Part shown: piece after piece, positions 63,316 through 64,000 of the stretch
How positions within the stretch are numbered: the first letter of the stretch is position 1
Layout of the letters: every line of letters starts with the position of its first letter
NCBI RefSeq assembly: GCF_963676685.1
Contig: NC_092344.1
Span: forward strand, 82,584,001-82,648,000
Length of the DNA stretch: 64,000 nt
DNA from: Mytilus edulis
Taxonomy: Eukaryota
Direction of reading: 5' to 3'
The notes under the pieces: model-generated
Seen by the model: the letters and a program-made list of their open reading frames with translations, nothing else
Databases searched by the model: none
Told to the model about the DNA's origin: nothing
Translations under genes and position numbers: made by a program

Positions 63316-64000
63316 TAAGATCTTGTTCATTTTCTTAACTTATTAATTAATTCTAGGCTTCCCCGATTGTTGTGCTGAATTTAATCTTATTTTCATATGC
63401 AGAATTGTACATAAGATCAACTTGGTTTAGCAAATATTGCTACATTTTCTGGAGTTAACTGTTCTTCAATATAAACTTTCATATCACAATTCAGTCCTTT
63501 CTCCTTTAAATACTCTACTCTTCCATAATCAATAAGTCTTTTACACTTTCTCCCAATTTCTTCTCTCTCTTTGATGGATAAATTCAATTCTGGTCTGGAA
63601 AAAAAATAATTATAGACTGAGCTTTATAAATCTTTAAAACTTATTATTAATATATGTACAAAAAAATAAGATTGGATGTCATCAGGCTAAAGCAGGCCAT
63701 GTGAGCTATTATCATGGATTTGTTAATGTGTATAAAAGGTCTGTTGTCAATCAATAGACCACTTTTGAGTTTGTCTCTCACTGGAAAAAACTAGTCAATT
63801 AAGTGCATCTTTATGACGTCATTTACCTGATAGAGGGGATGGCCTGTATACCCACACTATTAATGTTCTTCAAGCGTCTAAGTGATCGTCATTGTGCAAA
63901 ATAAACTAGATATAATATTTGTTCTGTAGGTACTTAATCACAATTCCCTAATGACAGCAATGCTGATTGTCTATTATGGGAATTCAATTTGCTGAATAAT

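Overview
AT-rich eukaryotic (metazoan) genomic DNA, most likely a bivalve mollusc such as Mytilus. This is inferred from the repeat families and the lysozyme type, not from a database search. Genes on the + strand: (i) the probable last exons of an unidentified gene (3304-3457, 5265-5394); (ii) two tandem, intron-containing c-type lysozyme paralogs (CDS 19962-23272, 149 aa; CDS 30312-33106, 150 aa); (iii) a complete 12-coding-exon DNAJC14/Jiv gene (43662-54016, 787 aa). The rest is dense in non-autonomous mobile DNA: Helentron/HINE-like elements, TTAA-TSD MITEs, a foldback element with a 9-bp TSD, CAG-ended MITEs with 5- and 6-bp TSDs, and SINE-like repeats. A ~2.9-kb 35-bp satellite contains a near-exact 1159-bp higher-order duplication. 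The most notable hidden signal is a dispersed ~300-bp repeat carrying a minimal type I hammerhead ribozyme (retrozyme/Penelope-like), seen in at least 5 copies, plus a second, more degenerate family. Also notable: asymmetric divergence of the lysozyme paralogs (kappaB site, active-site cleft) and a predicted overlapping uORF on DNAJC14. All splice models were derived by eye from GT/AG signals and phase compatibility.
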